NCBI GenBank assembly: GCA_965113315.1
Contig: OZ220365.1
DNA from: Podarcis vaucheri
Taxonomy: Eukaryota
DNA length: 64,000 bases
Strand: one strand, 5' to 3'
The notes under the pieces were generated by a model. The model searched no databases and was not told where the DNA came from. It worked only from the letters and a program-made list of their open reading frames with translations. Positions 51,122 to 62,810 of the stretch are shown here, one piece after another. Numbering within the stretch: position 1 is the first letter of the stretch; each line of letters opens with the position of its first letter. The position numbers and the translations under genes are program-made.

Positions 51122-51137
51122 CCAGCAGGTGGCGCTA
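51122..51137 (+). promoter_or_regulatory. Candidate CTCF motif (forward)
   Basis: CCAGCAGGTGGCGCTA is a near-perfect consensus match, ~360 bp downstream of the tRNA. Motif match only. Confidence 0.65.
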
Positions 51138-53363
51138 AAGGACAAGGAATCTGCGCGGGTCTCCGAAGTGAGAAAAGTTCCCTGGAAAAAGGGTTGGATT
51201 TATCCTGGGCGGGGGGCGTTGCGCTGGGGGGCAAGCCATGTGCTTCCAATGGATGGTTGTGTACGCAGCCTTATTGGGAGCATTTGAGGTCTCCCCGAAG
51301 TGGTACTTCAATCACGTGGCACAATCTGAGTGAATCTGAGACCCAAAGAGAAAAAATGTGTTCTACTGTTACTGTAGTCTTTATTATGTAATAAACTCAC
51401 GAAGAAGTATTGTATATCCCCACGCATTAAGAATGGTGATCGGGCCTCCAGGCAGCCTGGAACACCTGGGACAAGTTTAACTGGGGGGCGGGGAGGGAAT
51501 TAATATTTTCTTAATTTAGTAATATTGCACAGGCACTTTGCTTTTCTGTGTTAGATACACAAAGCGCAACAGGCTGAATAATAACACTAAACATTTTATT
51601 GGTTATTTCCTAACGTAAAGGTCTAGCCCAGTATGTGCAACATATACAGTTCATATGTACGGTATATTACCTATGAGACTAATTCCATTATTAATACATT
51701 TCTTCTTTTCTTACTGTTTCTTCTTGTACGTTCCTGTATAACACAATCCTTAGGCAAAAATAGAAAAGTCCTCAAGGTAACGAAAACAACACAGCTAATG
51801 TAGACTGCTGGCACAAGCAAACAAGGCGCAAACTGCTAACTTAACAAGGTTTCCAAATAGCTCCCTTCCTCAGCTGATAGTAAATCGTCAGTGTGTATAA
51901 CAGGTACATAAGTAATTATATGTGAATGATTATCAATAGTAAAGATATTGAATTTGTTTTGACATTTTTTCTGTGTTAGATGGCAGCTAAAAGCTTTTTT
52001 TTATAGCAGCATGTCTCTTCCAGACATTGTTTAGTTGTGTATAATGGTTTTTAACATTTGCAGGTTTTATCTGTGTTTCATGGCTAGTTATGTAACCTGC
52101 TTAGGTATTATTTATTAAGTGATTTGTAATTTTTTTTTCTAAATAAGGATACATTATCTAGTTGTATAGTGCTGAATGAGGGATGCATCCGTTCCTACAA
52201 GTCATACATTAGTGTGGTGGAACAGGCTGTAAATGCATTGGAAATATGGCAGTCATAATGTGAAAAAATAAAGGAGGCAGCAAAGATGCTTGATTTAGGG
52301 ATGGCCTTAGTCTGGCCCTGCAAAGTCATTCTTAAGTCCTTGCCCACTACTAGACATAAGGTTTACTGCAAAGCATAGCTTATTATCCTAATTGTTCCTA
52401 TCCTACCCATATCCAAACACAGGTGAATTCCCACCCCCCCCCCCACCCCAATACTGGTGCATTTGGAATTTGTATCTGTGATAGCATGATCTGAATCCCA
52501 GATGTCCAGGAATATTGTACACCTGTGTTGGGTGTTGATAGGATGTTGTCTAATAAAGTGACCAGGTGAGACCTACAACAAAAGGTTGCAGCATTTAATT
52601 GCTTTTGTTGAAACATTTTTTGCCTTGCAAGAGAACCACTCAAATAGAGGCACTTTGATTTATTTGTTCTCATCCAGTATTTTATTATAGGGAGAGAGAA
52701 AATACGTGTGCTTTAGAATGTATGTTGCAACTGATAAAAGAAAATCAACTGCCCAGTATCATCAAAATATCAGACTGGGCAATTTAGTTAATTCTGCTCC
52801 CTGTAGTTAATTCCTTAGAAGGTTTGCATTTTATTAGACTGTTCAGCCATTGAAATGCAGCCAATGTTCCTTGCTTACTAACCTTTTGATATACAGCCTT
52901 ACTCTCCCCGAGACAAAAGTACCACAGACTTATTAACCTCGCCATCTTTTCAGTGGTGCTCTTTGCCATGCAAGTCGATGGGGGAACTGAATTTCCCAAA
53001 GAGGGTGCAAATCAGTTGCTGCTTCACACAGCCAAAGCAATCCCACTGACATTCCTGTAGAACTATACTGCTGTAAATGCCCACTGCGTCGCCTCCTTAA
53101 ACCGGTCATCGGAGTAAGATTTCTGCAAAGCAACAACCTGGAATCCATCTGGGGCATTTAAACTCCTCATTAAGCAAATGTGCTGCATCTGTCACAGTGG
53201 CCTAGCAGCTGCTTGCTTTTCCTGGAGCGGCATGCTTTCATTCATATACATATATATATTTATTTGGCGTGTAAACTACACACTGATCTCACTCTCTTAC
53301 TAAGAGCGGAACGGAAGCAAGTTGCCCAGCAACTCCATCTACATTCACATAACTGGTCCAAGT

Positions 53364-53761
53364 TCAAGCAGCACTTCTTAAGCCGGAACTCTTTCTCTTC
53401 TTCTGCATTTTCTCCTTAGCCGCTGACTTCAGCTTTGGAACCTGTTTCTTTTGGGCTCTGGTTAACCGGGAGCCTTTTTTCTTTGGCGGGGAGGTCGTCA
53501 CCGTCGCTTTCGAGACCCGTGGAGCCTTTTGCGCCGTTCTGTCCGACTTCGTCTTGGATCCCCGGGCCTTGGGGGTTTGGGTCATTTGCTGCTTTCTGCC
53601 AGACCTGGGAGGCTTCGCTGCCTTACGTTTAGTAGGGTCTTTGTGGGAGGCAGGCTTCTTGGATCTTGGAGTGGAAGAATTTGGGGGCGGTTCGGTAGCA
53701 TTGAAGGCTGTTTTGGGGGGACGGGTTGTAAGACGCTCTTTAAGCAGTTCAAGGACGGTTT
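53364..53761 (-). CDS. HHIPL2: HHIP-like protein 2, last coding exon (basic low-complexity tail)
   Basis: Acceptor ttttcacAG at 53763-53762. Reads (K)TVLELLKERLTTRPPK...KKRKSSGLRSAA*, stop at 53364-53366. The phase matches the previous exon. A KTVL-LLKE start plus a basic tail (no SRCR domain) indicates HHIPL2 rather than HHIPL1. Confidence 0.88.
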
Positions 53762-53829
53762 CTGTGAAAAGACATTTTAGGAGGTTACCATCCTTGTTTC
53801 AACAGGTTGAATTTAGCAGCGATACAGAG

Positions 53830-54478
53830 CAATTTAAGACGGTGGGTGGGAAAGGAACAGAAAAGATTATTTATGTATGCGACAACAGCAGCGTGGATGC
53901 TACTAGTCCAGAGATGGAAAGAAGAAAGAGTCCCTACCAGAGAGGAATGGCAAACCAAGCTGTTAGACTACGCCAAAATGGCAAAACTGACCAGAAAGCT
54001 CAGGGACCAAAAAGACAAAAACTTCAAGAAAGAATGGGGGGAAATTATAATTTATTGAGGAGATCGCTGTAAGCAGATGAAAACATTAGTAGGATTTTAA
54101 TCTCACTTGTAATGTAACAAATACTATGGACAATATGGATAGATATAAAATATAGATTATGAAATACCGTATTTTTCGCTCTATAACACGCACCCGACCA
54201 TAACACGCACATAGTTTTTAGAGGAGGAAAATCCGTAGGCATGCCACCCGTAGGCATTTCCTCCATAACACGCACAGACATTTCCTCTTACTTTCTAGGA
54301 GGAAAAAAGTGAGTGTTATGGTGCAAAAAATACGGTAATATGCAGTTGAGAAGGTTGACAATAGGACCCATGGAGGAGATGGTGGGGAAGTCTTGAGATT
54401 CAGAGAGATCTCTTTATATGGATATGTATTTGGTATTGTAAATCTATATTTGTAATATCAAAAACAATTTTTTAAAAA
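53830..54478 (+). mobile_element. L1 3' fragment (ORF2 C-terminus plus 3' UTR) in the last HHIPL2 intron
   Basis: LFMYATTAAWMLLVQRWKEERVPTREEWQTKLLDYAKMAKLT matches the vertebrate L1 ORF2 C-terminal motif. A-rich end. Confidence 0.8.
54167..54335. mobile_element. pogo/Tc2-like MITE nested in L1
   Basis: TA|ccgtatttttcgc ... gcaaaaaatacgg|TA. Confidence 0.85.
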
Positions 54479-54696
54479 TGGTGGGTGAGGTGTCATTATT
54501 ATTAAGTAGTGGGTTGACAAAGCAGACGACAGAGATTTCTCCAAGTACCGTAGTTCTTTATAAGTAAGCTGGAACTGAACTGAACTGCTCAGCCGGCCTG
54601 CTTTTATAGGCAGCTGGCTGTCAACATTGTAACAACAATAGCCCAGGGTTTCCCACATAAATTAACTGACGTGGACCTGAGTGAAAACTATATACA

Positions 54697-56525
54697 GACT
54701 TCCGGGGTTGGCGCGATCTGGGAATGGCGGATTCCCTCCGAGCTCCGGAGGGAATCGGCTCAGCGGGGGACGGGTCTTTGCCGTGCCGGCGACACGGGGA
54801 CCCTTAAAACCGCAGGCGCGGAAGCCTGCGGACTGAAGACTCGGTGGGTGCCTTAAGCGCCCCCCCTGATTCGCAAAGAGCCTTTTTAAAGGCTGCGGAG
54901 GGGATACGGGGGGTGGCGTGGCACTGAGAGTCCATCGCTACCCCCGCTGAGCGAAGCCGCGAGCCATGACCGGAGAGCGCTGACTTCCTTCCTTGAAATT
55001 CGGCCGAAAAGAACAACCCGTGAGTAAATTGGAATCGGACTTTAAGATTTTCCTATTTGAATTTGAGACGATCGGGGGGTGTGCTAAAAGGAAGTCCGCA
55101 CCCCCCCCCCTTGCAGACGAACTAAAGCAACGACGTACGAACTAAGCTGGAGAGTTTAGCCTGCAAAGGGTGAGTTTAAAAGGACTGTAACTCCCAAGAT
55201 TGGGCAAAAAAAAAAAAAGTAATTTTGTGCAGGAGAGTGAAGTTTTGGAGGTTTCTTCTTTTTGCTGTAAACAACCCTCCCCCCCGGGCCCGGGAGCATC
55301 CTATTTGGAAGCCTGTAAGCACAGAATTTGACAGCTGTCAAAGCTGTCAAATAGACAGTCTACAGGAAAAAATTGCTACATAAGACCCCTCTGGAATAAA
55401 AGGTGTTACAATTGAACTTAAATTGTTGGAAACAAAGTAATAAAAATAAGAAAGAGGATTGTTGGAGAAAACAACGTTAAGTAATCAGATTCCCTCTAGG
55501 GGGAACTCTGTGGAATTACAATGGCTGTGGATGGAAAGATACTGGAGCAAATCGAAAGGATGTTTCAACTGGTGGGAACCTTACAAGAGCATATTTCGGA
55601 AATGAGTAAACATATGATGACCTTGACTACTGAAACAAGTAGTCCTGCTGATTGTAAGGAGGATTGGAAGGAGAAAGAACCCACAGCTGAACTTGAAATG
55701 ATAATCAAAGAAAAGGAGACAAAACAAGAGAAAGAGAAAGTAAAGTTAAATGTTGACCAGAATCTGACATCTGTGGAATACAAGCAAGGAGACTATTGGA
55801 TTGAATCTACTACAAACTTATGAAAGATGCAAAAGATGAAAGTGGAGGCCCTGGAAGCTTATGGAATGCAAGAATTTAAAATAAAGAAATATAATTGGGG
55901 CCTCCACATTGACTTTGACTCTGACTATGATTTGAAAGATCCATGCCTTGTGGAAATTCTTCAGCAGTTCTACTTGAGAGACTATGGATGGATTGTGATA
56001 GACCTCTTTCGAGATTTGATGACTGACACAAAGGATTACCAACAAGACCGGCGGAGAGGGACTGTGATAGACTTGAGAGCCTCGGACGTGTGGGACCCAG
56101 GCTAAGAACTGACATTGTGGACTTGTATCGGGAAGGGACGCAAACCGGGGATGGGAGGGAGGGAAAGATGTAATTTTAACAACACTCAGGACAATGGAAA
56201 TTAATCAATAGGACCGATATTAAAGACAAAATGGGAAATCGAGGGAAGGGAACTGAGGCCCAACTTAGAACAACTGTTTTTATTTTTAAAAGGGCTATTA
56301 TTGAGAAGGTTAGGAGGTTGAGAAACGACAATTTGCTGAGATAACTTTGGGAATAGGGATGCAAGGGAGGGGGTGGGGGGAAGTCAGAGACCAGGGTTAT
56401 GAAAATAAGTGTTTTTTCTGAAACTTTATATTCTTTTTGTTTTTGTGTCTTTTTTGTCTGTTTGTTTTTCTGTTTGTTTGTCTATAAAAAATGTGAAAAC
56501 CCAATAAAAATTAAAAAAAAGAAAA
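54697..56525 (+). mobile_element. Non-autonomous L1-dependent retrotransposon (half-L1-like) with a single short ORF
   Basis: 14-bp TSD gaaaactatataca (54683-54696 and 56526-56539), CpG-rich 5' end starting GACTTCCGG, AATAAA plus A-tail, ORF 55521-56105 with one in-frame TGA, and no RT or EN motifs. Confidence 0.8.
55521..56105 (+). pseudogene. ORF of the non-autonomous retroelement (194 codons, premature TGA at 55821-55823)
   Basis: ORFs 55521-55823 and 55827-56105 are in the same frame. The N-terminus has a heptad pattern (ILEQIERMFQLVGTLQEHISEMSKHMMTL). Confidence 0.6.
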
Positions 56526-56815
56526 GAAAACTATATACACAATAACCCTGGTGGCCGGGGTGAGAACTTCAATACAATACATAACAATTATCACAGTGCT
56601 TTGCAGCATTGCCTGAACCCCTCAGCCACCCTTAACAACAGCACCCCTGCCTTGAATCAGTCTATCCCTCAGCCTCACAGGTTTGTGGTAAGGATAAAAT
56701 GGAAAGGGGGGAGCATGGGAAATATTATGAGCTGTTAGGAAGAGGTTTGCTGGCTTGTGTAATCCACCCTAAGCCTCAAACATTTAGATTTGGGGTGAGG
56801 AGCCATTGACCAGTG

Positions 56816-56951
56816 CAGGGTTTCCCAAACTTGGGTCTCCAGCTGCTTTTGGACTACAGTTTCCATCATCCTTGACCACTGGTCCTGCTAGCTAGGGATG
56901 ATGGGAGTTGTAGTACAAAAAACAGCTAGAGACCCAAGTTTGGAAGCCTTG
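56816..56951. mobile_element. hAT (Charlie-like) hairpin MITE
   Basis: Internal inverted arms ggactacagtttccatcatcc/ggatgatgggagttgtagt. Perfect 8-bp TSD gaccagtg at 56808-56815 and 56952-56959. Confidence 0.85.
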
Positions 56952-57258
56952 GACCAGTGAGCCAAGTTGGGATTTCGATTAGGCCCACAGAGCCAGCCCT
57001 TGAAAACCACACCTACCTGCCCCCCCACCTGATGTCATCAAGTGTGGAGCAGGTACCCATGTAACCACACGGGACTACAACTCCCATCATAAGGAATGAT
57101 CGAGAGCTTAAAGTGCGCTCCGAATTGCTCTTCTGCAGGAGCAAGACCTGTTCCCCCTGCTCATCAGCTGACGGAGAGCAGGAACATGCCAAACACTAAG
57201 TGGTTTGCACTCAAGCCGCTTTGAAAATGGGAAGAGAAAACGTCCATTTTAGACGGCA

Positions 57259-57848
57259 CAGACCCTCCAAGTGTCCCTATTTTCCAGGGACATCCCTGAT
57301 TTAGAGAAGCCGTCCTGGTTTCTAATTTGATCCTGGAATGTCCTGCTTTTCCTTAGGATGTCCCTATTTTCCTTAGAGAAATGTTGGAGCGTATGGCATT
57401 ATCCCGACCCCCGAGCCATCTGAAGGCAATCCTGTATAGGGCAGGTTTTTTTTAATGTTTAATGATTTATTTTGTTCTTATACAGTGGTACCTCGGGTTA
57501 AGTACTTAATTCGTTCCGGAGGTCCGTTCTTAACCTGAAACTGTTCTTAACCTGAAGCACCACTTTAGCTAATGGGGCTTCCTGTTGCCGCCGTGCCACC
57601 GGAGCACGATTTCTGTTCTCATCCTGAAGCAAAGTTCTTGACCCGAGGTACTATTTCTGGGTTAGTGGAGTCTGTAACCTAAAGCGTATGTAACCTGAAG
57701 CGTATATAACCCAAGGTACCACTGTATATGTTGGAAGCTGTCCAGAGTGGCTGGGGCAACCCAGTAAGATGTGTGGGCTATAAATAGTAAAATTATCATT
57801 ATGGAATGGGACGTCCCTATTTTCATCGGAGAAATGTGGGAGGGTGTG
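57259..57848. mobile_element. TIR element (copy of 34769-35108) interrupted by a Tigger-like MITE
   Basis: Collinear with 34769-35108 except for the 57483-57724 insertion at a TA. Confidence 0.8.
57483..57724. mobile_element. Tigger-like MITE
   Basis: TA|cagtggtacctcgggtta ... aacccaaggtaccactg|TA. Confidence 0.9.
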
Positions 57849-58534
57849 GGCGGTTTCAGTGACAACTTGGACTGGTGTCCAATCCACCTTTTGACGGGGG
57901 TGGGGACAGATAAGGGTCTGGTCCCCCAGGCTGAAAAGTTCACCCCTGATTCAGATATACTTAGATCAGAATATATACATTCAGACTGGAGGGTTTTGTT
58001 GTTTTTAGTATTCTGCAACATGTCACTGATACAGTACTATTGCATTAGTGATGGTGGATTTACACTGGAGTGTCCACACACCACATTACTTTATTTGTTG
58101 TTCTGCAATGCTTCCCCAGTGATACAGTATTAGTGCCGCCTAGAAGGGCACTGTTGGACTACAGCACAACAAAAGCAAGCCAATTCCTGCCTCCCCACCC
58201 CCCAAAAAACCCACAAATCCAAAACATTTGTTGTGCCAATTGGAAACCTGGCAGTATGCCCATTGCAAAAGCGATTGCAAACAGTATCAAAACGTGATTG
58301 TGTATAACCACCCCAATACCATCATGAGCAAAATAATCACAAGTGTCGAATAAAGAGGGGGGGTAACTACATTGTTTATTATTGATTGATTGTAGTATTT
58401 ACTTAGTTGGAAGCCTTTAATGGTTGGCACACACATCGAAAGTTCCTTTCAGTGTGTCTTAGCATTTGTGCTACATATGCTAAGATATGCTAGCAAACAA
58501 AACAGAAAAACACCACATATCCTTGTTGACTTAC

Positions 58535-58617
58535 TTGCACGGGGAATGAATGGGATTCGCTTACTCTTTGTTTTCACTGGAATAGGCTTCTGTTTACATT
58601 TCCCTGGTGGAGCTCTC
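58535..58617 (-). CDS. HHIPL2: HHIPL2 coding exon (83 nt)
   Basis: ttttAG|G AGA GCT CCA...: [27 protein letters not shown], then A|GTAAGT donor. Confidence 0.95.
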
Positions 58618-60742
58618 CTAAAAAGCAAATAGATTCGGTCACAAAAATTATGTGTGGACATCTTGAGAATGGATAAGGAGCCTGTGTTTGTGGTGGTTTT
58701 CTAGAGGCAGATGGCCAACTTCAGTCTTTCTGTTAAATCATGAGCTTGCCAGCAAAAGACCTTGAAAGCACTCTCATGCGAACAGAACAAAAGCTACCGG
58801 TATATCCTGCCCGAATCCTTCCATTAGTTTCTCTCCTTGTGAAGAAGTGGATTTTCAGTTAAGGAAAATGTCAAGCATTTTGTACTTGAAAATAACTCTC
58901 TTCCTGATTTAGGTTTCCTGTGGATGATATTTGCCTACTATATCTTTGGTTTTAAGTCTTTCCACTGCTCTGCTAAATTAATTGGAACTGTGATACAGTT
59001 ATCATTCCCAATGGGTCACATGCGCTCCATACTTTTAAAATACATGCCCTCCCAAAGAATTCTGGGAACTGTAGTTTGCCCCTCCTACAGTTTGTAGCAC
59101 TCTTAAACAAACTACATTTCCCAGGATTCTTTGGAAGAAGCAAGTTCTCTGGAATCTCAGTATTTAGTGGGAGCAATTCATTTGTAGTAAAAGAAACAAC
59201 TTTAAGGGTAAATATGAGCAAGTGAGTGAATTTCAGCAGGAAACTCACATGGTGCCCCAATCCAGATTGGACCCTATAGCTACTTTTTTTTTACAAAACA
59301 GGCCTGTTTAACCACACTTTTAAAAAAATGTTAAATAATGTAGCATGTTGTTTGGCTTTGGTGAGCTTGAGTTCTCGCATTTCTGCCTTGAAAACTCCAT
59401 GGCCTTTTTATGCTACAGAAGTTGAGACAGTTCTCACTTTCTCTCTTGAGTGTAATTCACAAATATGCTAAAGAAATGAATGGGAAATATAGACTTCTAA
59501 AAACCTGCAGAAAGGTCCATGGATCTCCCTGGAAGTTCTTGTTGGACACTTTTTCCACTGAAGGTGAAGTAATACCCGTTCTCAGATAGCATGAACAACA
59601 GGTTGGTAAGTTTTGTTGTGTTTTTGTTGTGTGTGCGTGTTTTTAAAGCCTTACATTCTTCTCCTACCCACACACAAAAAAAGAGATTAAATGGGAGGGG
59701 AAATAGAGGCTGATGGTTCGATGCCAATGCCATCATGTGGCTGCTGCAAAAAACCAAAAAAACAAAACAATACCTGCATGAATAAGAAGCACCCATCCCA
59801 CAATAAACGCACACCTGAAAGCACCCATAGGCTCAGAAAACTAAAAATAAAATCTGGAAAGTGTGTATCAAAGAGATTAAAGCTTCCCAGAACAGCTTGA
59901 CATCTTCATAACAAGGCGAAAAGAACATGAAAATTACTATCTGCCCAGAAAAGCATCCCAAATGTTGGTAGGCCTAGAAGTCTTCCCTACTTGGGAGCAA
60001 AAGCAATGCTTTCTTGGTACATTAATCTTTTGGATATCCTTTGGATAAAAGGAGATAGACAAACAGTGAATATTTATTACTGTCGTTGATGTGCCTTGCC
60101 ATTACTTGGACGGAAGTTCTGTCAACAACCCTCATGTTTTTCTAGACTAGTTCCTGAGTCTCAGGCGAATTCTATGGTTGGTCTCAACTTCAAAATAAAT
60201 ACAAACTACAAAGAGATGTATTTTTGTCTGCTTTCTATGCTGTGGATTGCCTGCGAGCCAGCTCTCCTTGAGAACAAATGGGGACAAAGTTCCCTACAGT
60301 AGGGGTGAAAACAGACACAATATAAAACGAGTAACTGAACTGAGATGTGAGCAGCAGCAGACTGAACACTGGCCAGGCCTAGCTCCAGATTTCTTTCCAA
60401 TTTCTCCTCTTTGGTAAACAGGTCTCATGCTATGCTGCTGTTTCAATTATTACTAATAAAACATCCACCTCTTCATTTTGGCTGTGCTTATTTTAGTTAA
60501 GCCTTGGTTCTAAACCAATTCCTTGGACCTTTCAAGTTACAGCTGCTGTAATTTGGCTTCTTTTGCCTAAGGCCTCAGAAGCAGAGAGCAGTACTTTAGC
60601 TCTTGCTCCTTGGGGTCTTAGGGACAGCTAGTGTGGATTTACACACAGGGGAAAATAATACTGTAAATAAGTCAGAAATTAAATCGTTATAACCAAGGGG
60701 GGAACCCCTATGTAAAAACGCTAGAGAAAATTTTTGTGCTCT

Positions 60743-60759
60743 CTGGCGCCACCTGGTGT
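60743..60759 (-). promoter_or_regulatory. Candidate CTCF motif (reverse), intronic
   Basis: Reverse complement acaccaggtggcgccag. Motif match only. Confidence 0.5.
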
Positions 60760-61057
60760 TGCATGTTTATAACATTCAAATCACTGGGGCTTTTTTACTA
60801 CTGTAGCTGAGTTCCTAGAGTACAGTCTGAGATCTCCTGCACAAGTTAAGTGAACAAAGCAGGAGTGGTGGTAGCTCCTCTACCTAACATGGTTTTTTAC
60901 TCCTTGAGAGTTGGCACCATCTGAACCAGCAGGGGAAGAATGACCTAGGGGTTTGGGTCAGGTTTCTTGATATCAAGTGTAGTAGCTTATGCAATATTTA
61001 ATTCCTGTTACTGATGGAACATGCTCCCATGCTTCACAGTATTTTGTTATTCTGTGG

Positions 61058-61061
<4 letters not shown>

Positions 61062-61088
<27 letters not shown>
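61062..61088. repeat. (CA)n microsatellite
   Basis: Directly visible. Confidence 0.95.
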
Positions 61089-61468
61089 GAAATACCTTCA
61101 TGAGACATTCTTCCCTCAAAGAACCCTGGGGACCCTTACAGAGTTACCACTTCCAGCAACTTTTAACAAACTACAGTGCCCAGAATTCTCTGAAGGAAAG
61201 AGGGTCTGGGAAAACAATTGTGGGGCTTTCAGGGCTCTTGGTTTCCTAATCCTCAAATCCCTTAAAAGGGTTTTAAGCCTGTGGGCTCCCACTGATTTAA
61301 CTGGAGCCCAATTGCTTTAAATCAATGTACTTCGTTTTAATTAAGTTAGTCGATTGGCCTGCAAGTGCCAGAGCAAGAAACTGTGGCTTCCAAGGAACAT
61401 AGTTGTTCTGCAGGTTTAATGCATGAAACTGAAATCCAGTCATGTGAATGGAGTGTTTCTGTTGTATC

Positions 61469-61727
61469 TGTTAAGTTGCGGGTGAACATATCAGATGACA
61501 CAGCGATTGTTCGAACAGCTCTTGTTTATTCACAGGCCAGAACAGAACTGAAGGGTTCAGCCAGCCTGCTTAGATAGAGCTCCACTAGAACGCAACAGTA
61601 ACCATTTTCTGTAACTATCCAATCACTGAACGTCACTTTCGAACCCTTATTTGCATATGTGGACCTGAATGAAAACTATCTACAGAATCCCACTGCTGGC
61701 CCAGGGTGAGAACTTCAGTATATAACA
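61469..61727 (-). mobile_element. Solo LTR (259 bp)
   Basis: tgtta...taaca termini, perfect 5-bp TSD gtatc (61464-61468 and 61728-61732), and AATAAA on the minus strand. Confidence 0.85.
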
Positions 61728-61835
61728 GTATCTATCACCCTGGAAGAAAACTGATGAATGTTTGTGTGTGATGCTGATGCTGTTCAAAAAATCAGCAGGT
61801 AGCAGGGACATTCAAGGACTTGAAAAAGTACGCAC

Positions 61836-61917
61836 CTTGCAGGATCCACAATTTTGTATATCGATCCATGTGGCGCAAAGGCACTGGGGTAGGACGTAGC
61901 CATAAAATAGAGCTCAG
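61836..61917 (-). CDS. HHIPL2: HHIPL2 coding exon (82 nt)
   Basis: ctccAG| (A)[26 protein letters not shown](R) |GTGCGT. Confidence 0.95.
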
Positions 61918-62209
61918 CTGGAGATAACAGGAAAAGAGGAGAAAGCCAGGAATGTGAAATTCGTCAGACAAAATTGCAACAGGTTGATAATAGTGCAATT
62001 TTCCCTCTCTACGTAAGCCAGGCCTGTGCAAGTTGTAACCTACCACCAGCCTAAAGCAACCATGTGGCCTTCCAGGTTCCTGACTATTTCAGGGTTGCCA
62101 TATTTCAAAAAGTAAACCAGTACACCCCAAAAGTTGTTGAGCAACTCAGAGTTGGTGGCCTCCCCAAAAAATGCTTTCCTAAGAAAACAGACACAGCAAC
62201 CAACATTAC

Positions 62210-62355
62210 CTGCTTCATCCTCAGCGAAAGAAATGATGTATTTGCTGTAAGAGCTGACCATCCCTGGAAAGGCACAGGCTTTAGTGTTACCAATACAAAT
62301 GTCTTGCTTCTTCCAATGATTTGCTCTCTCATCTTCTTGCAAAGCCATAAGCCGA
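62210..62355 (-). CDS. HHIPL2: HHIPL2 coding exon (146 nt)
   Basis: atccAG| [49 protein letters not shown]|GTAAT. Confidence 0.96.
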
Positions 62356-62606
62356 CTGGATGAAAAAACAAAAACATATGTTTTATGGTTTCACAGTTCC
62401 ACTGTAGCTTAGAAAAACTCTTTCTGGTATATCCCAAAATAGATCCAAGGCTTTCTCTTGGGCCGTAAATACTTTTTGCTACTCCCTGTTGCCATGAACT
62501 GTTTGAGCCCATGACTAGGGATGAACCAAAAACAAATATTCTGAGATGGTCTATAGGAAACCTACCTACTGTACTGAAAAGTTAATGGAAAGAAGTTTGT
62601 TCCTCA

Positions 62607-62810
<204 letters not shown>

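Larger units (their letters stand above)
54500..56586 (-). mobile_element. Solo LTR split by a 1.83-kb insertion
   Basis: Homologous to the intact LTR at 61469-61727 (gtggacctga.tgaaaactat.taca; ggtgagaacttca). 5-bp TSD attat at 54495-54499 and 56587-56591. Confidence 0.8.

Noticed and set aside
50798-51391. 197-aa ORF downstream of the tRNA
   Set aside because: Non-ATG start, no recognisable domain, and no splice support. Probably a by-product of GC-rich regulatory sequence.
52659-53264. HHIPL2 poly(A) signal
   Set aside because: There are several minus-strand AATAAA candidates (53259, 52830, 52681, 52659), and I cannot choose among them without transcript data.
53554-54072. 172-aa plus-strand ORF overlapping the HHIPL2 last exon
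   Set aside because: It is the antisense shadow of the exon running into an L1 fragment.
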